This document shows positions 21,668-30,692 of a stretch of DNA of 64,000 bases, one piece after another. Each line of letters starts with the position of its first letter. Position 1 is the stretch's first letter. Source of the stretch: an uncultured Armatimonadetes bacterium (GTDB taxonomy: Bacteria; Armatimonadota; UBA5829; DTJY01); NCBI GenBank assembly GCA_963717145.1, contig OY970325.1, positions 800,001 through 864,000 of the forward strand, written 5' to 3'. The notes under the pieces are model-generated. The model saw nothing but the letters and a program-made list of their open reading frames with translations, was not told where the DNA came from and ran no database searches. Position numbers and translations under genes: made by a program.

Positions 21668-22849
21668 ATGGATGCCTCTGCCTTTCATACCGATCAGCTC
21701 ATCCCATACATCGGCAATAAGCGCAAGCTTCTTCCACTGATCCGCAGGGCGATCGTGTCAACCGGAATCGCGGCGGGCACCTTCTACGATCCTTTCGCGG
21801 GGAGCGGGGTCGTCTCGAGGCTTGCCAAGACGATGGGCTATCGGGTCATCGCCAACGACTGGGAGCCATACGCGCACTTCATCAACTCCACATACATCGA
21901 GGCCAACCGCCCGCCGGAGTTCCGCGCGCTCGGCGGATTGGAGAACGCCCTCTCAATCCTCAACAACCTGCCAACCGAGCCCGGCGGATATATCGCCCTG
22001 GGTTATTGCCCTCACGACGATGAGAGCCCCGATCCCGATTCGGAGCGGATGTTCTACACCCAGGAGAACGGCCGCCGGATCGACGCCGTCCGTGAACAGA
22101 TCGCCAACTGGCATGCCTCGGGGCTGATCGATGACGGCGAGCAGTCCGTTCTTCTCTCCCCGCTGATCTTCCAGGCGGCCTACTGCAGCAATACTTCCGG
22201 CGTCTTCAAGGGATGGCACAGGGGATGGGGTGGGGCGACTAAGACGGCCTGGTATCGGATTCGCAGCACTCTAACGCTCTCGGTTCCGCGGTTCTGGGAC
22301 AACGACTGCGAGAACCGCGTCTATCGCGCCGATGCCGCCAACCTCCTCGATGAGATCGAGTGCGACATCGCATATCTCGATCCGCCGTACAACCAGCACC
22401 AGTACGCGTCGAACTACCATCTCCTCAATACCCTTGCTCTGTGGGACAAGCCCGCGATCAGCCCGAAGTATGCCGTCCGGCATGAACAGAATGGAAAGTC
22501 CGCGATCCGTCGCGACTGGGTTGACCGCAGGAGCGCTTACTGCTACAAGTCGAGCGCTTCCGCGGAGTTCAGCCGGCTGGTCAACGGCATCAAAGCGAGG
22601 AGTATCCTCGTCAGTTACAGCACCGACGGCATCATCCCGTTCTCCGATCTGATCGATACCCTCGCGGAGAGAGGACGGTGCTCCGCCATCATGCGGAAGT
22701 ACAAGCGCTACCGTGTCAGTCGCCAGCGTCCATCGGCCAGACCGCATAATGTGGAGTTCGTCGTCCTCGTAGATACCGAGAAATCCTCAAATCGCCGGGA
22801 TATCGAGAAGGTGAAACACGCCATACTCGCCGAACGTATGAGCATATGA
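21668..22849 (+). CDS. D12-class N6-adenine DNA methyltransferase (orphan)
   Basis: YIGNKRKL, DPFAGSGVVS, YLDPPYN. Confidence 0.9.
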   Translation: MDASAFHTDQLIPYIGNKRKLLPLIRRAIVSTGIAAGTFYDPFAGSGVVSRLAKTMGYRVIANDWEPYAHFINSTYIEANRPPEFRALGGLENALSILNNLPTEPGGYIALGYCPHDDESPDPDSERMFYTQENGRRIDAVREQIANWHASGLIDDGEQSVLLSPLIFQAAYCSNTSGVFKGWHRGWGGATKTAWYRIRSTLTLSVPRFWDNDCENRVYRADAANLLDEIECDIAYLDPPYNQHQYASNYHLLNTLALWDKPAISPKYAVRHEQNGKSAIRRDWVDRRSAYCYKSSASAEFSRLVNGIKARSILVSYSTDGIIPFSDLIDTLAERGRCSAIMRKYKRYRVSRQRPSARPHNVEFVVLVDTEKSSNRRDIEKVKHAILAERMSI

Positions 22850-22856
22850 CGGGGGA

Positions 22857-22945
22857 GATGGTTGATGGCTGATGGTTGATGGTTGATGGGGCCGACTCTC
22901 ATTCCCCATTCCCCATCCCCCATCAACCATCAACCATCAACCATC
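22857..22945. repeat. Inverted heptamer array (GATGGTT/AACCATC)
   Basis: Tandem GATGGTT followed by tandem AACCATC. Confidence 0.85.
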
Positions 22946-22972
22946 CCCCATATGACCACAAGGAGGTATCGA

Positions 22973-23617
22973 ATGTCCAAGCGACTGGTTCTTTCAGCCG
23001 CGATCGCAATGCTCATCTGCATGGTGATTGGCAGTGCATCCGCTGACAGGCTGATTATCACCCCGAAAGGGACCACGCTCAGCACCGGTGGCATCAGCGC
23101 GGAATATGCCGACAACTCGGATGGCGACGGCACGATCTACTGGGTGAACGTCGGCATCAGCCGCTTCGAGATCGAGGGTGCGCGGTTCGTCGATTTCGGC
23201 CCGGATGAAGCCGATGTCTTCGGTCTTCAGGCGAGCGTTATCCCCGAGACGAGTTTCACGCCCGCACTCGCAGTCGGTTGTAGGAATATCGCCGATGAGA
23301 ACGGCGGCCTGCTGGCGTCGTACAATGAGCGATCTTTCTACGTATCGGCATCGAAGGCGATACCGGTCACCGAGGGTGTCCCCGGCCTCTTGGGTAACGC
23401 GGCGGTTCACGGCGGAGTCGGGACCGGCGGACTGAGTGGGTTCTTCTTCGGGGTCGATGCAACCATCGTTCCCCTGGGTGTTGCGGCGGCCGTCGAATAT
23501 GACACCGAGGACTGGAACTGGGCGGTGTCATACGGATTCGCCGGCGTGATCAACGCCAAGATCACCTCGATCAAGGGCGACCTCTTCTACGGTTTCACCT
23601 TCTCGACCGGCATCTAG
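22973..23617 (+). CDS. Exported beta-barrel-like protein (YjbH-like)
   Basis: RBS AAGGAGG, signal peptide, LIITPKGTTL, PALAVG, amphipathic strands. Confidence 0.6.
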   Translation: MSKRLVLSAAIAMLICMVIGSASADRLIITPKGTTLSTGGISAEYADNSDGDGTIYWVNVGISRFEIEGARFVDFGPDEADVFGLQASVIPETSFTPALAVGCRNIADENGGLLASYNERSFYVSASKAIPVTEGVPGLLGNAAVHGGVGTGGLSGFFFGVDATIVPLGVAAAVEYDTEDWNWAVSYGFAGVINAKITSIKGDLFYGFTFSTGI

Positions 23618-23749
23618 GGGCGCGCCTCGTGCCGCCCGACGCCTGTGGTATCCGTAGGGGCGTGCCTTGTGCCGCCCGACGCTTCATCGACCGGCAATCG
23701 GTAGCGAGGGAGAGTGGGCCATGGAGGAGTCTCCATCACCCACTCTCCC
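23614..23749. repeat. Two GTAG REP copies plus hairpin GGGAGAGTGGG...CCCACTCTCCC
   Basis: REPs at 23614 and 23654; hairpin 23708-23749 between convergent genes. Confidence 0.75.
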
Positions 23750-23802
23750 AATGATCCGTGGCATGACTTGCGGTAACTGACGGGTTGTTGTCCCGCCTGC
23801 GG

Positions 23803-24339
23803 TCATTGCGCCTGTCCCCCTTTTCCCGACGCTGCGGCTTTCGCAGGTATGAGTACGCTGTTCAAGCGCACCCTGTCCGTATTTGGAACCGATGCGTCAT
23901 TTGGCCACTCGTACCGCAAGATATACGAAACGACATCGCCGCTAGGACTCCTCCACTCGGCCATCCACTGCTTGACTTTCACCCAAGGCGTCTTGGTGCC
24001 GTCCTGGAACTCCTTCCAACCGGTCACATGGGACGATGGACGGTCTGGTTGCAGATAGCTATTCTTCAGCGGCTTCCAGCCCAGGCTGTCCAGTCGGTCT
24101 GAGATGCTCTTGAGAGCCGTCTTCGCCGGATACGGCTCAACGAACTCATACCTCATCTGTCTGGTGCCGTGGAAGGTCACGAACGCAGCTTTCTCAGCGT
24201 TCGGCAGAACAACGAAGGCTTCGGGCCGAGACCCTGAACGGCTGTGTGCGGCATAGAGGACTGCGACCACGATCGCGACCGCCAAGAGTACTGCCGCAAT
24301 GATGGCAATGGATCGTTTCTTGCGAGCATTGCTTAACAT
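23803..24339 (-). CDS. Membrane-anchored hypothetical protein
   Basis: N-terminal TM segment then globular domain. Confidence 0.65.
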   Translation of the reverse strand: MLSNARKKRSIAIIAAVLLAVAIVVAVLYAAHSRSGSRPEAFVVLPNAEKAAFVTFHGTRQMRYEFVEPYPAKTALKSISDRLDSLGWKPLKNSYLQPDRPSSHVTGWKEFQDGTKTPWVKVKQWMAEWRSPSGDVVSYILRYEWPNDASVPNTDRVRLNSVLIPAKAAASGKGGQAQ

Positions 24340-24391
24340 ATAGACCACCTGTAGAACCTTTCTAGTGGATCATTGTCCCCATGTTCAGAGG

Positions 24392-24929
24392 CTACTCTGG
24401 CAGGTCATCGTACCAGGCTGCGTACGTCCACAGAACTGTGTCATAGAGGCAAAGTGCGACCATGCCACCGGGGAACCCGCACCAGGGCCACTGAAGGCCG
24501 CTCCACACAGACATCAAGTGGGTCACAGCAACGGATAGGCCAATGGCCAATAGAGCATAGAGCAATGCCAGCAACTGGAACTGCCAGTATGCCTTTCCCG
24601 ACATCCAGGTATATTGGAGGCGAGGAATCTGTCGTCCAGACGAGAGGAATGCGCTATGCAACAGCACAATCGCACGCCCTGCAATCATCCTGCCTGTTGG
24701 GATACCTACCGCCAGACCCTACTAGCGTATCCAACAGACCGATGCGTAGGTCCTCATAGCCCGGCAGTACGATAGGCGCGACTATAACGGACAGAGTCGT
24801 AAGCACCAAAACCGCCTTGACGACCATGCCGGCAAATAGCGAGGGAATATCCTGCTTGCGCAACTCGGGAAAGCCAGGGACAGGCACAGGATTTACGATT
24901 TGTTCACTACTACGTCTACCTGTCGTCAT
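24392..24929 (-). CDS. Hypothetical membrane protein(s); two overlapping ORFs, possibly one frameshifted gene
   Basis: ORFs 24654-24929 (RBS GAGGAG) and 24392-24688, both hydrophobic. Confidence 0.4.
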
Positions 24930-25246
24930 GGATTCTCCTCAGGCGACCGCCCGCTTCATCGCCACACGGAAAGCCGACCCTTGTGCGTTCCCCTCCGCGG
25001 TTGCCCCTCTGGGTGACGTGACAGGGAATGCCCTCCAGCACTGATCGAGCGGTTCTCGGCGTGCTTCCTCATTCGATGCCTATGCCTCTATTCCTTCTTT
25101 GTGACCTCCGCAGCCGGAGAGCATCTTCTATGACGGAACTACGGCCCGAGTGTGACCATTCCGTATTAGCTGTGCCTCTCCCGGTTTTCCCAGGAGACAC
25201 GGAGAAGAGCCGTAACAGATCACGATTGTTGATAGTTACGCTGCGT

Positions 25247-25320
25247 GGATGTCATTCTGAACGAAGTGAAGAATCTGTCTGCGCACGGCCAGATTCTTCA
25301 CTTCGTTCAGAATGACATCC
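25247..25320. repeat. GTCATTC...GAATGAC palindromic element
   Basis: Perfect 31-bp arms; related copy at 48730-48808. Confidence 0.85.
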
Positions 25321-25360
25321 GCTGTACATGATCGTGAGGTGTTGCGTTCTTCCCCTCGGC

Positions 25361-25389
25361 TTGACCAACTGCGGGGTGCGGGGTATAAT
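25361..25389 (+). promoter_or_regulatory. Sigma70-type promoter of lemA-htpX
   Basis: TTGACC-17bp-TATAAT. Confidence 0.7.
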
Positions 25390-25436
25390 CATCCGGGCTG
25401 GCGATCCCCCTGTCCGGCTCAAAGGAGATGATCGAA

Positions 25437-26000
25437 ATGACAATTGCCTCATTGGTTATGATCGCGGTCGTCGGAGTGGTCGTGCTGTTTGTTCTCTGGG
25501 TTGTATTCCTGTACAACCGGATGGTGGTCCTGCGGAACAGGATCGAGAACGCCTGGTCGCAGATCGATGTCCAACTTCGGCGACGGTACGACCTGATCCC
25601 GAACCTGGTGGAGACCGTGAAGGGTTACGCCGCACATGAGAAGGGCGTCTTCGAGGAAGTGACGAAGGCTCGGTCCGCGATGACTCAGGCTCAGGGAGTG
25701 GCCGCTCAGGGAGAGGCGCAGAACATGATCAGCCAGGCGCTGAAGAGCCTCTTCGCAGTCGCCGAGGCATACCCCGATCTCAAAGCGAACCAGAATTTCA
25801 TGATGCTCCAGGAAGAGCTGTCCGGCACTGAGAGCAAGATCGCATACGCGCGGCAATTCTATAATGACACCGTGATGGCCTTCAACACGCTCATCCAGTC
25901 TTTCCCGGCGAACCTGATTGCGGGAAGTTTCGGATTCACCGAGCGGGAGTACTTCCCGATGGAAGTCGCCGCGCGCGAGCCGGTGAAGGTGCAGTTTTAG
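25437..26000 (+). CDS. lemA: LemA family protein
   Basis: [35 protein letters not shown]. Confidence 0.95.
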   Translation: MTIASLVMIAVVGVVVLFVLWVVFLYNRMVVLRNRIENAWSQIDVQLRRRYDLIPNLVETVKGYAAHEKGVFEEVTKARSAMTQAQGVAAQGEAQNMISQALKSLFAVAEAYPDLKANQNFMMLQEELSGTESKIAYARQFYNDTVMAFNTLIQSFPANLIAGSFGFTEREYFPMEVAAREPVKVQF

Positions 26001-26002
26001 GC

Positions 26003-26094
26003 CTTTGGAGTGCGGAAGCGAAGTCTGCGGAGCTTCCGCTTTCGGTGCAACGTCAAAGCGGAAGCTCCGCAGACTCCGCTTCCGCACTCCAAAG
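26003..26094. repeat. TTTGGAGTGCG...CGCACTCCAAA palindromic element, intergenic
   Basis: 40-bp arms with one mismatch, filling the lemA-htpX gap. Confidence 0.9.
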
Positions 26095-26096
26095 TT

Positions 26097-26984
26097 ATGT
26101 ACTCACACATCACCTCAAACAAGTGGAAGTCCGTGCTGCTCGTGATCGTCTTCATCGCGATCCTGGTCGGGCTCGGCTACCTGTTCACCGAAGTCACCGG
26201 CTATGGGTGGATTCTTCCGCTCGCGGTGGTGGTCGCCGTCGTCGGGAGCATTGGGAGCTTCTACTACAGCGACCGGATCGTCCTGTCCATGTCTCAGGCC
26301 CGACCCGCGACCAGGGAGGAGAACGCTTTCCTAGTCAACTCGGTGGAGGGACTGTCGATCGCGGCGGGAATCCCCGTCCCCCGGGTCTATGTCATCGATG
26401 ACACCGCGCCGAATGCGTTCGCGACCGGTCGCGATCCCCAGCACGCGGTCCTCTGCGTCACCAGCGGGCTGATGCAGAAGCTCAATCGCGTGGAGCTGGA
26501 GGCGGTGATCGGCCACGAGATGGCGCATATCAAGGACTACGACATTCGGTTTATGGCGCTTGTGGCGATCCTGGCTGGGACCATCGTCTTGATCTCGGAC
26601 TGGCTGCTTCGGAGCATGTGGTATGGCGGGGGCCACCGGCGGAGGGATAATGACCGCGAGGGAGGGAATCCGATCGTCCTGGTGATCGCGATCGTTGCCG
26701 CGATCCTCGCGCCGATCATCGCGACCCTCATCCAGCTTGCGGTTTCCCGGCGGCGGGAGTATCTGGCGGATGCGCAGGGATCGCTCCTTACGCGGTATCC
26801 CGACGGACTGGCGAGCGCACTGGAGAAGATCTCGTCCGACCCCGAGCCGCTCGAGGCGGCGAACAAGGCGACCGCGCATCTCTACATCTACAATCCCCTG
26901 CGGGAACACGGCGGAGTCCTGAACGCCCTCTTCAGCACTCATCCCCCGGTCGAGGAGCGTATCCGCCGGCTGAGGGAAATGTAG
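26097..26984 (+). CDS. htpX: M48 zinc metalloprotease HtpX
   Basis: PNAFATG, HEMAH, SRRREYLAD, FSTHPP. Confidence 0.95.
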   Translation: MYSHITSNKWKSVLLVIVFIAILVGLGYLFTEVTGYGWILPLAVVVAVVGSIGSFYYSDRIVLSMSQARPATREENAFLVNSVEGLSIAAGIPVPRVYVIDDTAPNAFATGRDPQHAVLCVTSGLMQKLNRVELEAVIGHEMAHIKDYDIRFMALVAILAGTIVLISDWLLRSMWYGGGHRRRDNDREGGNPIVLVIAIVAAILAPIIATLIQLAVSRRREYLADAQGSLLTRYPDGLASALEKISSDPEPLEAANKATAHLYIYNPLREHGGVLNALFSTHPPVEERIRRLREM

Positions 26985-27076
26985 AGGCGCGCTTCATGCC
27001 GCCGTGACCAGACGATGTAGAGGCGTGCCTTGTGCCGCCAGATACCGATGTCGGGCGGCATAAAGCACGCCCCTGT
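26981..27076. repeat. GTAG REPs upstream of RAYT
   Basis: Two forward units (26981, 27017) and one inverted unit (27053). Confidence 0.85.
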
Positions 27077-27086
27077 GGAACCCAAG

Positions 27087-27575
27087 ATGACAAGCCACGA
27101 ACCCTTTCAACGGCGGCTCAACCGGCTCGACACGGATCTGTATTGCTCTGCCAGTCGTGCCTACTTTCTGACGATATGCTCTGACAGATCAGCGCCCTAC
27201 TTTGCCGACCTGTCGCTAAGCCGCATGATCATGTCCTGCCTACTCGCCGAGGCCGTAGCTTGCGGCATCCTTGTCTCTGCATACTGCCCTATGCCGGATC
27301 ATCTACACGTCCTCTGTTCGCCGGCAGAGGAAGGGAGATCAGTCATCACGTTCATGCACGATTTCAAGGGTCGTTCCACAAGACTCGGCTGGGATCACGG
27401 GATACGGGGGAAACTATGGCAGAAGGGGTACTACGACCATATCGTCAGGCGTGAGGAGAGCCTTCGGAAGATTGCGGAGTATATCCTTGCCAACCCGGTT
27501 CGAAAAGGGTTGGTGGGTGACTATACAGCATACGAGTTCAGTGGAATGCCCGATTCGTTGCCGGATTGGTGGTAG
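27087..27575 (+). mobile_element. REP-associated tyrosine transposase (RAYT, Y1 HUH family)
   Basis: YFLTIC, MPDHLH (HUH), LWQKGYYDHIVR, YILANPVRKGLV; flanked by REPs on both sides. Confidence 0.9.
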
Positions 27576-27755
27576 GGGCGTGCCTTGTGCCGCCCAATGG
27601 TTATGCCGGGCGGCATAAAGCACGCCCCTACAGACGTTCAGGCGGCACAAGGCACGCCGCTACAGGAGCGGGCGGCACAAGGCACGCCGCTACAGGTGCC
27701 GGGCGGCACAAGGCACGCCGCTACAGGTGCCGGGCGGCACAAGGCACGCCCCTAC
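27572..27755. repeat. GTAG REP cluster downstream of RAYT
   Basis: One forward unit and five inverted tandem units GGCGGCACAAGGCACGCC(C/G)CTAC at about 31-nt spacing. Confidence 0.92.
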
Positions 27756-27770
27756 GGGTGATGATAGCGG

Positions 27771-29042
27771 ATGAGACTGACAGCAACCGAAGAGACTCAT
27801 GAGCATGACCCCCTCGAAGTGCGCCGGAGTTTTCGGCGGCTCTCGATGGACGTTATCTTCTACATATGTGGGCTCGCATTCATCGACAGCTCGACCGTTC
27901 TCCCGGCATTCCTCGCGACTCTCACCAACTCGTCGATCGTCATCGGCGCCATCATCGCCATCAGACCCGCCGGACTGTTCATCCCCCAACTCTGGACCGC
28001 TCATTATCTGCGGAACAGAAAGCGGCACATGGGATTCCTGCTCAAGGTCGCCGCGATCTCGCGACTGGGAGTTGCCGCCTTCGCGGTCGTGTTGTTCATT
28101 GCGGGTCCCGACGATCGTGTGCTGATGCTCGTGGCGTTCCTCCTTATGTACTCCGCGTTCTGGTTCTCCGAAGGCGGAGCGGGAGTCCCATGGACCGACC
28201 TCGTCGCGAAGACGATCCCCGAGCGGCAGCGCGGTCGGCTCTTCGGGTTCACACAGTTCGGCGGTGGGATACTAGCACTTTTCGCCGGGCTGCTCGTCAG
28301 TCGGATGCTTTCCCCCAGAGGTCCCGCGTATCCTACGAACTATGCCGTGATCTGCGCGATTGCGGCCGTCTTGTTCTGGGCAAGCTTCATCGCGCTCTCG
28401 ACGGTCCGCGAGCCGGAGGGCCCGCCGGAGGAACAGGACGGCGACTTCCTGAAGTATCTGAAGGGGATCGGAGCGATGCTGGCGGCGCACGCCGAGTTGA
28501 AGCGGTTTCTGCTGGTGCAGATTCTGATCGGATTCTACGCCATGTCGATGCCGTTCTACATCCTGTACGCGAAGGAGTCGATGAACATCGGCGGGGGTAC
28601 CGTCGGCCTCTTTCTCTCAATGCAAGTGGCGGGGAGCATCGTCGCAAGCGCGATCGTCGGCTTCGTGAGCGACCATCGCAGCCCGAAGGCGGCTGTCGTT
28701 GCGTCCGCATTTGCCGGAGTGCTCGCGCCGGTACTGGCATTGGTCTTCGGCGGTTCGTCGGTGTGGCTATTCGGCATGGTCTTCTTCGCGGCGGGCGCGT
28801 TCGGTGGAAGCACATGGATCGGGCTGACGAACTATCTCCTCGAACTCGCGGAACCGCGCGAGAGGCGGTCGTACATCGGGCTGATGAACTCCGCGAATGC
28901 GCCGACTATGGTCTTTCCGGTCGTCGGAGGGCTGATAGTCCAGGTGGTTTCCTATGAGGCGGTATTCGCCATAACCGCGCTCGCGCTGCTCCTGGCGCTC
29001 ATCCTTTCATTCGGATTGGTCTCAAAGGGGCGATCCGGGTGA
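27771..29042 (+). CDS. MFS transporter
   Basis: About 12 TM segments; WTDLVAKTIPERQRGRLFG. Confidence 0.88.
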   Translation: MRLTATEETHEHDPLEVRRSFRRLSMDVIFYICGLAFIDSSTVLPAFLATLTNSSIVIGAIIAIRPAGLFIPQLWTAHYLRNRKRHMGFLLKVAAISRLGVAAFAVVLFIAGPDDRVLMLVAFLLMYSAFWFSEGGAGVPWTDLVAKTIPERQRGRLFGFTQFGGGILALFAGLLVSRMLSPRGPAYPTNYAVICAIAAVLFWASFIALSTVREPEGPPEEQDGDFLKYLKGIGAMLAAHAELKRFLLVQILIGFYAMSMPFYILYAKESMNIGGGTVGLFLSMQVAGSIVASAIVGFVSDHRSPKAAVVASAFAGVLAPVLALVFGGSSVWLFGMVFFAAGAFGGSTWIGLTNYLLELAEPRERRSYIGLMNSANAPTMVFPVVGGLIVQVVSYEAVFAITALALLLALILSFGLVSKGRSG

Positions 29043-29123
29043 TCGACGGTCCGGCGGGGGCTATACGTCCTCCACGTGGATCGCGGACTTGTGCTAGAAT
29101 GGTGCATCGTTTGACAGGCAGGA

Positions 29124-30692
29124 ATGTTCATGATTGTTGAGTATCAGACTCGGCGCGAGCTTCGGAGGGTAATGGCGCAGACGGAATCCGGCTCCCTCGA
29201 TGCCATCGTCCTCGCCGCGGGTGAGGAAGATGCCGCGAGTCTTGAAGAGTGCGTGAGGGTGCTCCGACCGGGCGGCCTGCTTTTCGTCCAGGGGACGCCG
29301 CAAAGTCTCCCGGAGGTCGGGGTGTTTCTCGACGCCCGACTCCGTTTCAAGTACTGGATCGCGATCGAGTCCGAGAAGTGCGGGAACCTCGGTCTGCCGT
29401 CCGTTCACGCCGGGGTTCTTCTTTTCGCCAAAGAGGGAAAAGGGTTCAAGATCACGCCGATGCGTTCCCCGCATCAGTTCTGCGCGTCATGCGGGCGGAG
29501 TCTGAGGGACTGGGGTGGGAAGACGCACCTCATGCACCCTCAGGGATTCGCCCTCTCGGATGTGTGGATGCACCTGAGTCCGGCGGACAACTACTCGAGG
29601 CTCTCCCGTCCGACGCTCGATGCTGTTCTCGGCATGATCCCGGAGGACTCTCGCGGACTCATATGTTTGGAGGGAAGGATCTCGGCCCGAGAACCCGCGC
29701 CGGTTCCTCATCCTCGGACGAATGAGATCGATCCCGGTCTGGTTGATGTGATCCACTGCGGTGATGCGTTGGAGATTCTTGACAAGTACCCCGACAACTC
29801 CGTTGACCTGGTGTTCGCCGATCCTCCGTATAACCTCAACAAGGACTACGGATCGTATGAAGACGGCACGGAGGAGCAGCATTACATCGAGTGGTGCAAT
29901 GCCTGGCTCTCGGAGTACGCCCGGATATTGAAGCCGACTGGATCGCTCTACGCGCTCAATCTTCCCCGATGGGCGATGCATCAGGCCGCATTCCTGAATC
30001 AGCGTCTTCACTTCCAGAACTGGATCGTCTGGAATGCTCTCTCCGAACCGCGCGGGAAGCTCATGCCGGCGCACTACGGACTGCTCTTCTATACCAAACA
30101 TGCGGCCAACTTCACCTTCAACTACGACGAGGTCGGCGGTCTCGATTCGCGACACTATTGTTTGCGCGCCGGGTGTATCCGCGACCGGAAGAAGTCAGGC
30201 GAGGACGACAAGGAGACGCTGACCGACATCTGGTGGGACATCCACAGGATCAGGCACAAGAAGGACCGGGATTGGCATCCGTGCCAACTGCCCGACGCGC
30301 TCATGGAGCGGATCATCCGCTTGTCGAGTAACCCCGGGGACATTGTCCTCGACGCGCTCTGTGGTGCAGGCACGACTCCAGTGATCGCCGCGAAACTGGG
30401 GCGGCGTTACGTGGGGATCGACATCGACCCGGATTATGTGGCGATCACGGAGGAGAAGCTGCGGTCGATCCGGGAAAGCGGATCGGTCATCCGGGGCAGC
30501 ACCACTAAGACGAAGCTTGCGATCTCCAAGAAGGAGCTTCAACTCGAGCTGCGAAGCATCGCGTCTGAACTCGGTCGCCTGCCAACGCCGGACGACATCG
30601 AGCGGATGTCGGCGTATGGTCTCGATGCCTTTCTGTCGACGTTCCCGACCTGGAGCAAGGCCCTAAAGGCCGCAAAGCTGGAGGTTCCTTGA
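29124..30692 (+). CDS. N4/N6 (beta-class) DNA methyltransferase with degenerate N-terminal MTase-like region and C-terminal helical repeat
   Basis: FADPPYN, HPCQLP, VLDALCGAGTT, YVGIDID; C-terminus ELGRLPT...FPTWSKALKAA. Confidence 0.85.
   Translation: MFMIVEYQTRRELRRVMAQTESGSLDAIVLAAGEEDAASLEECVRVLRPGGLLFVQGTPQSLPEVGVFLDARLRFKYWIAIESEKCGNLGLPSVHAGVLLFAKEGKGFKITPMRSPHQFCASCGRSLRDWGGKTHLMHPQGFALSDVWMHLSPADNYSRLSRPTLDAVLGMIPEDSRGLICLEGRISAREPAPVPHPRTNEIDPGLVDVIHCGDALEILDKYPDNSVDLVFADPPYNLNKDYGSYEDGTEEQHYIEWCNAWLSEYARILKPTGSLYALNLPRWAMHQAAFLNQRLHFQNWIVWNALSEPRGKLMPAHYGLLFYTKHAANFTFNYDEVGGLDSRHYCLRAGCIRDRKKSGEDDKETLTDIWWDIHRIRHKKDRDWHPCQLPDALMERIIRLSSNPGDIVLDALCGAGTTPVIAAKLGRRYVGIDIDPDYVAITEEKLRSIRESGSVIRGSTTKTKLAISKKELQLELRSIASELGRLPTPDDIERMSAYGLDAFLSTFPTWSKALKAAKLEVP

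Noticed and set aside
23700-25250. Integron cassette array
   Set aside because: No convincing attC sites and no integrase
26010-26096. N-terminal ORF extensions (also 952, 5779, 21521, 22883, 35375, 39590)
   Set aside because: They translate intergenic repeats; conserved protein starts lie downstream
27608-27755. Possible CRISPR array
   Set aside because: Linkers are only 6-9 nt and near-identical, units are GTAG REPs, and there are no cas genes
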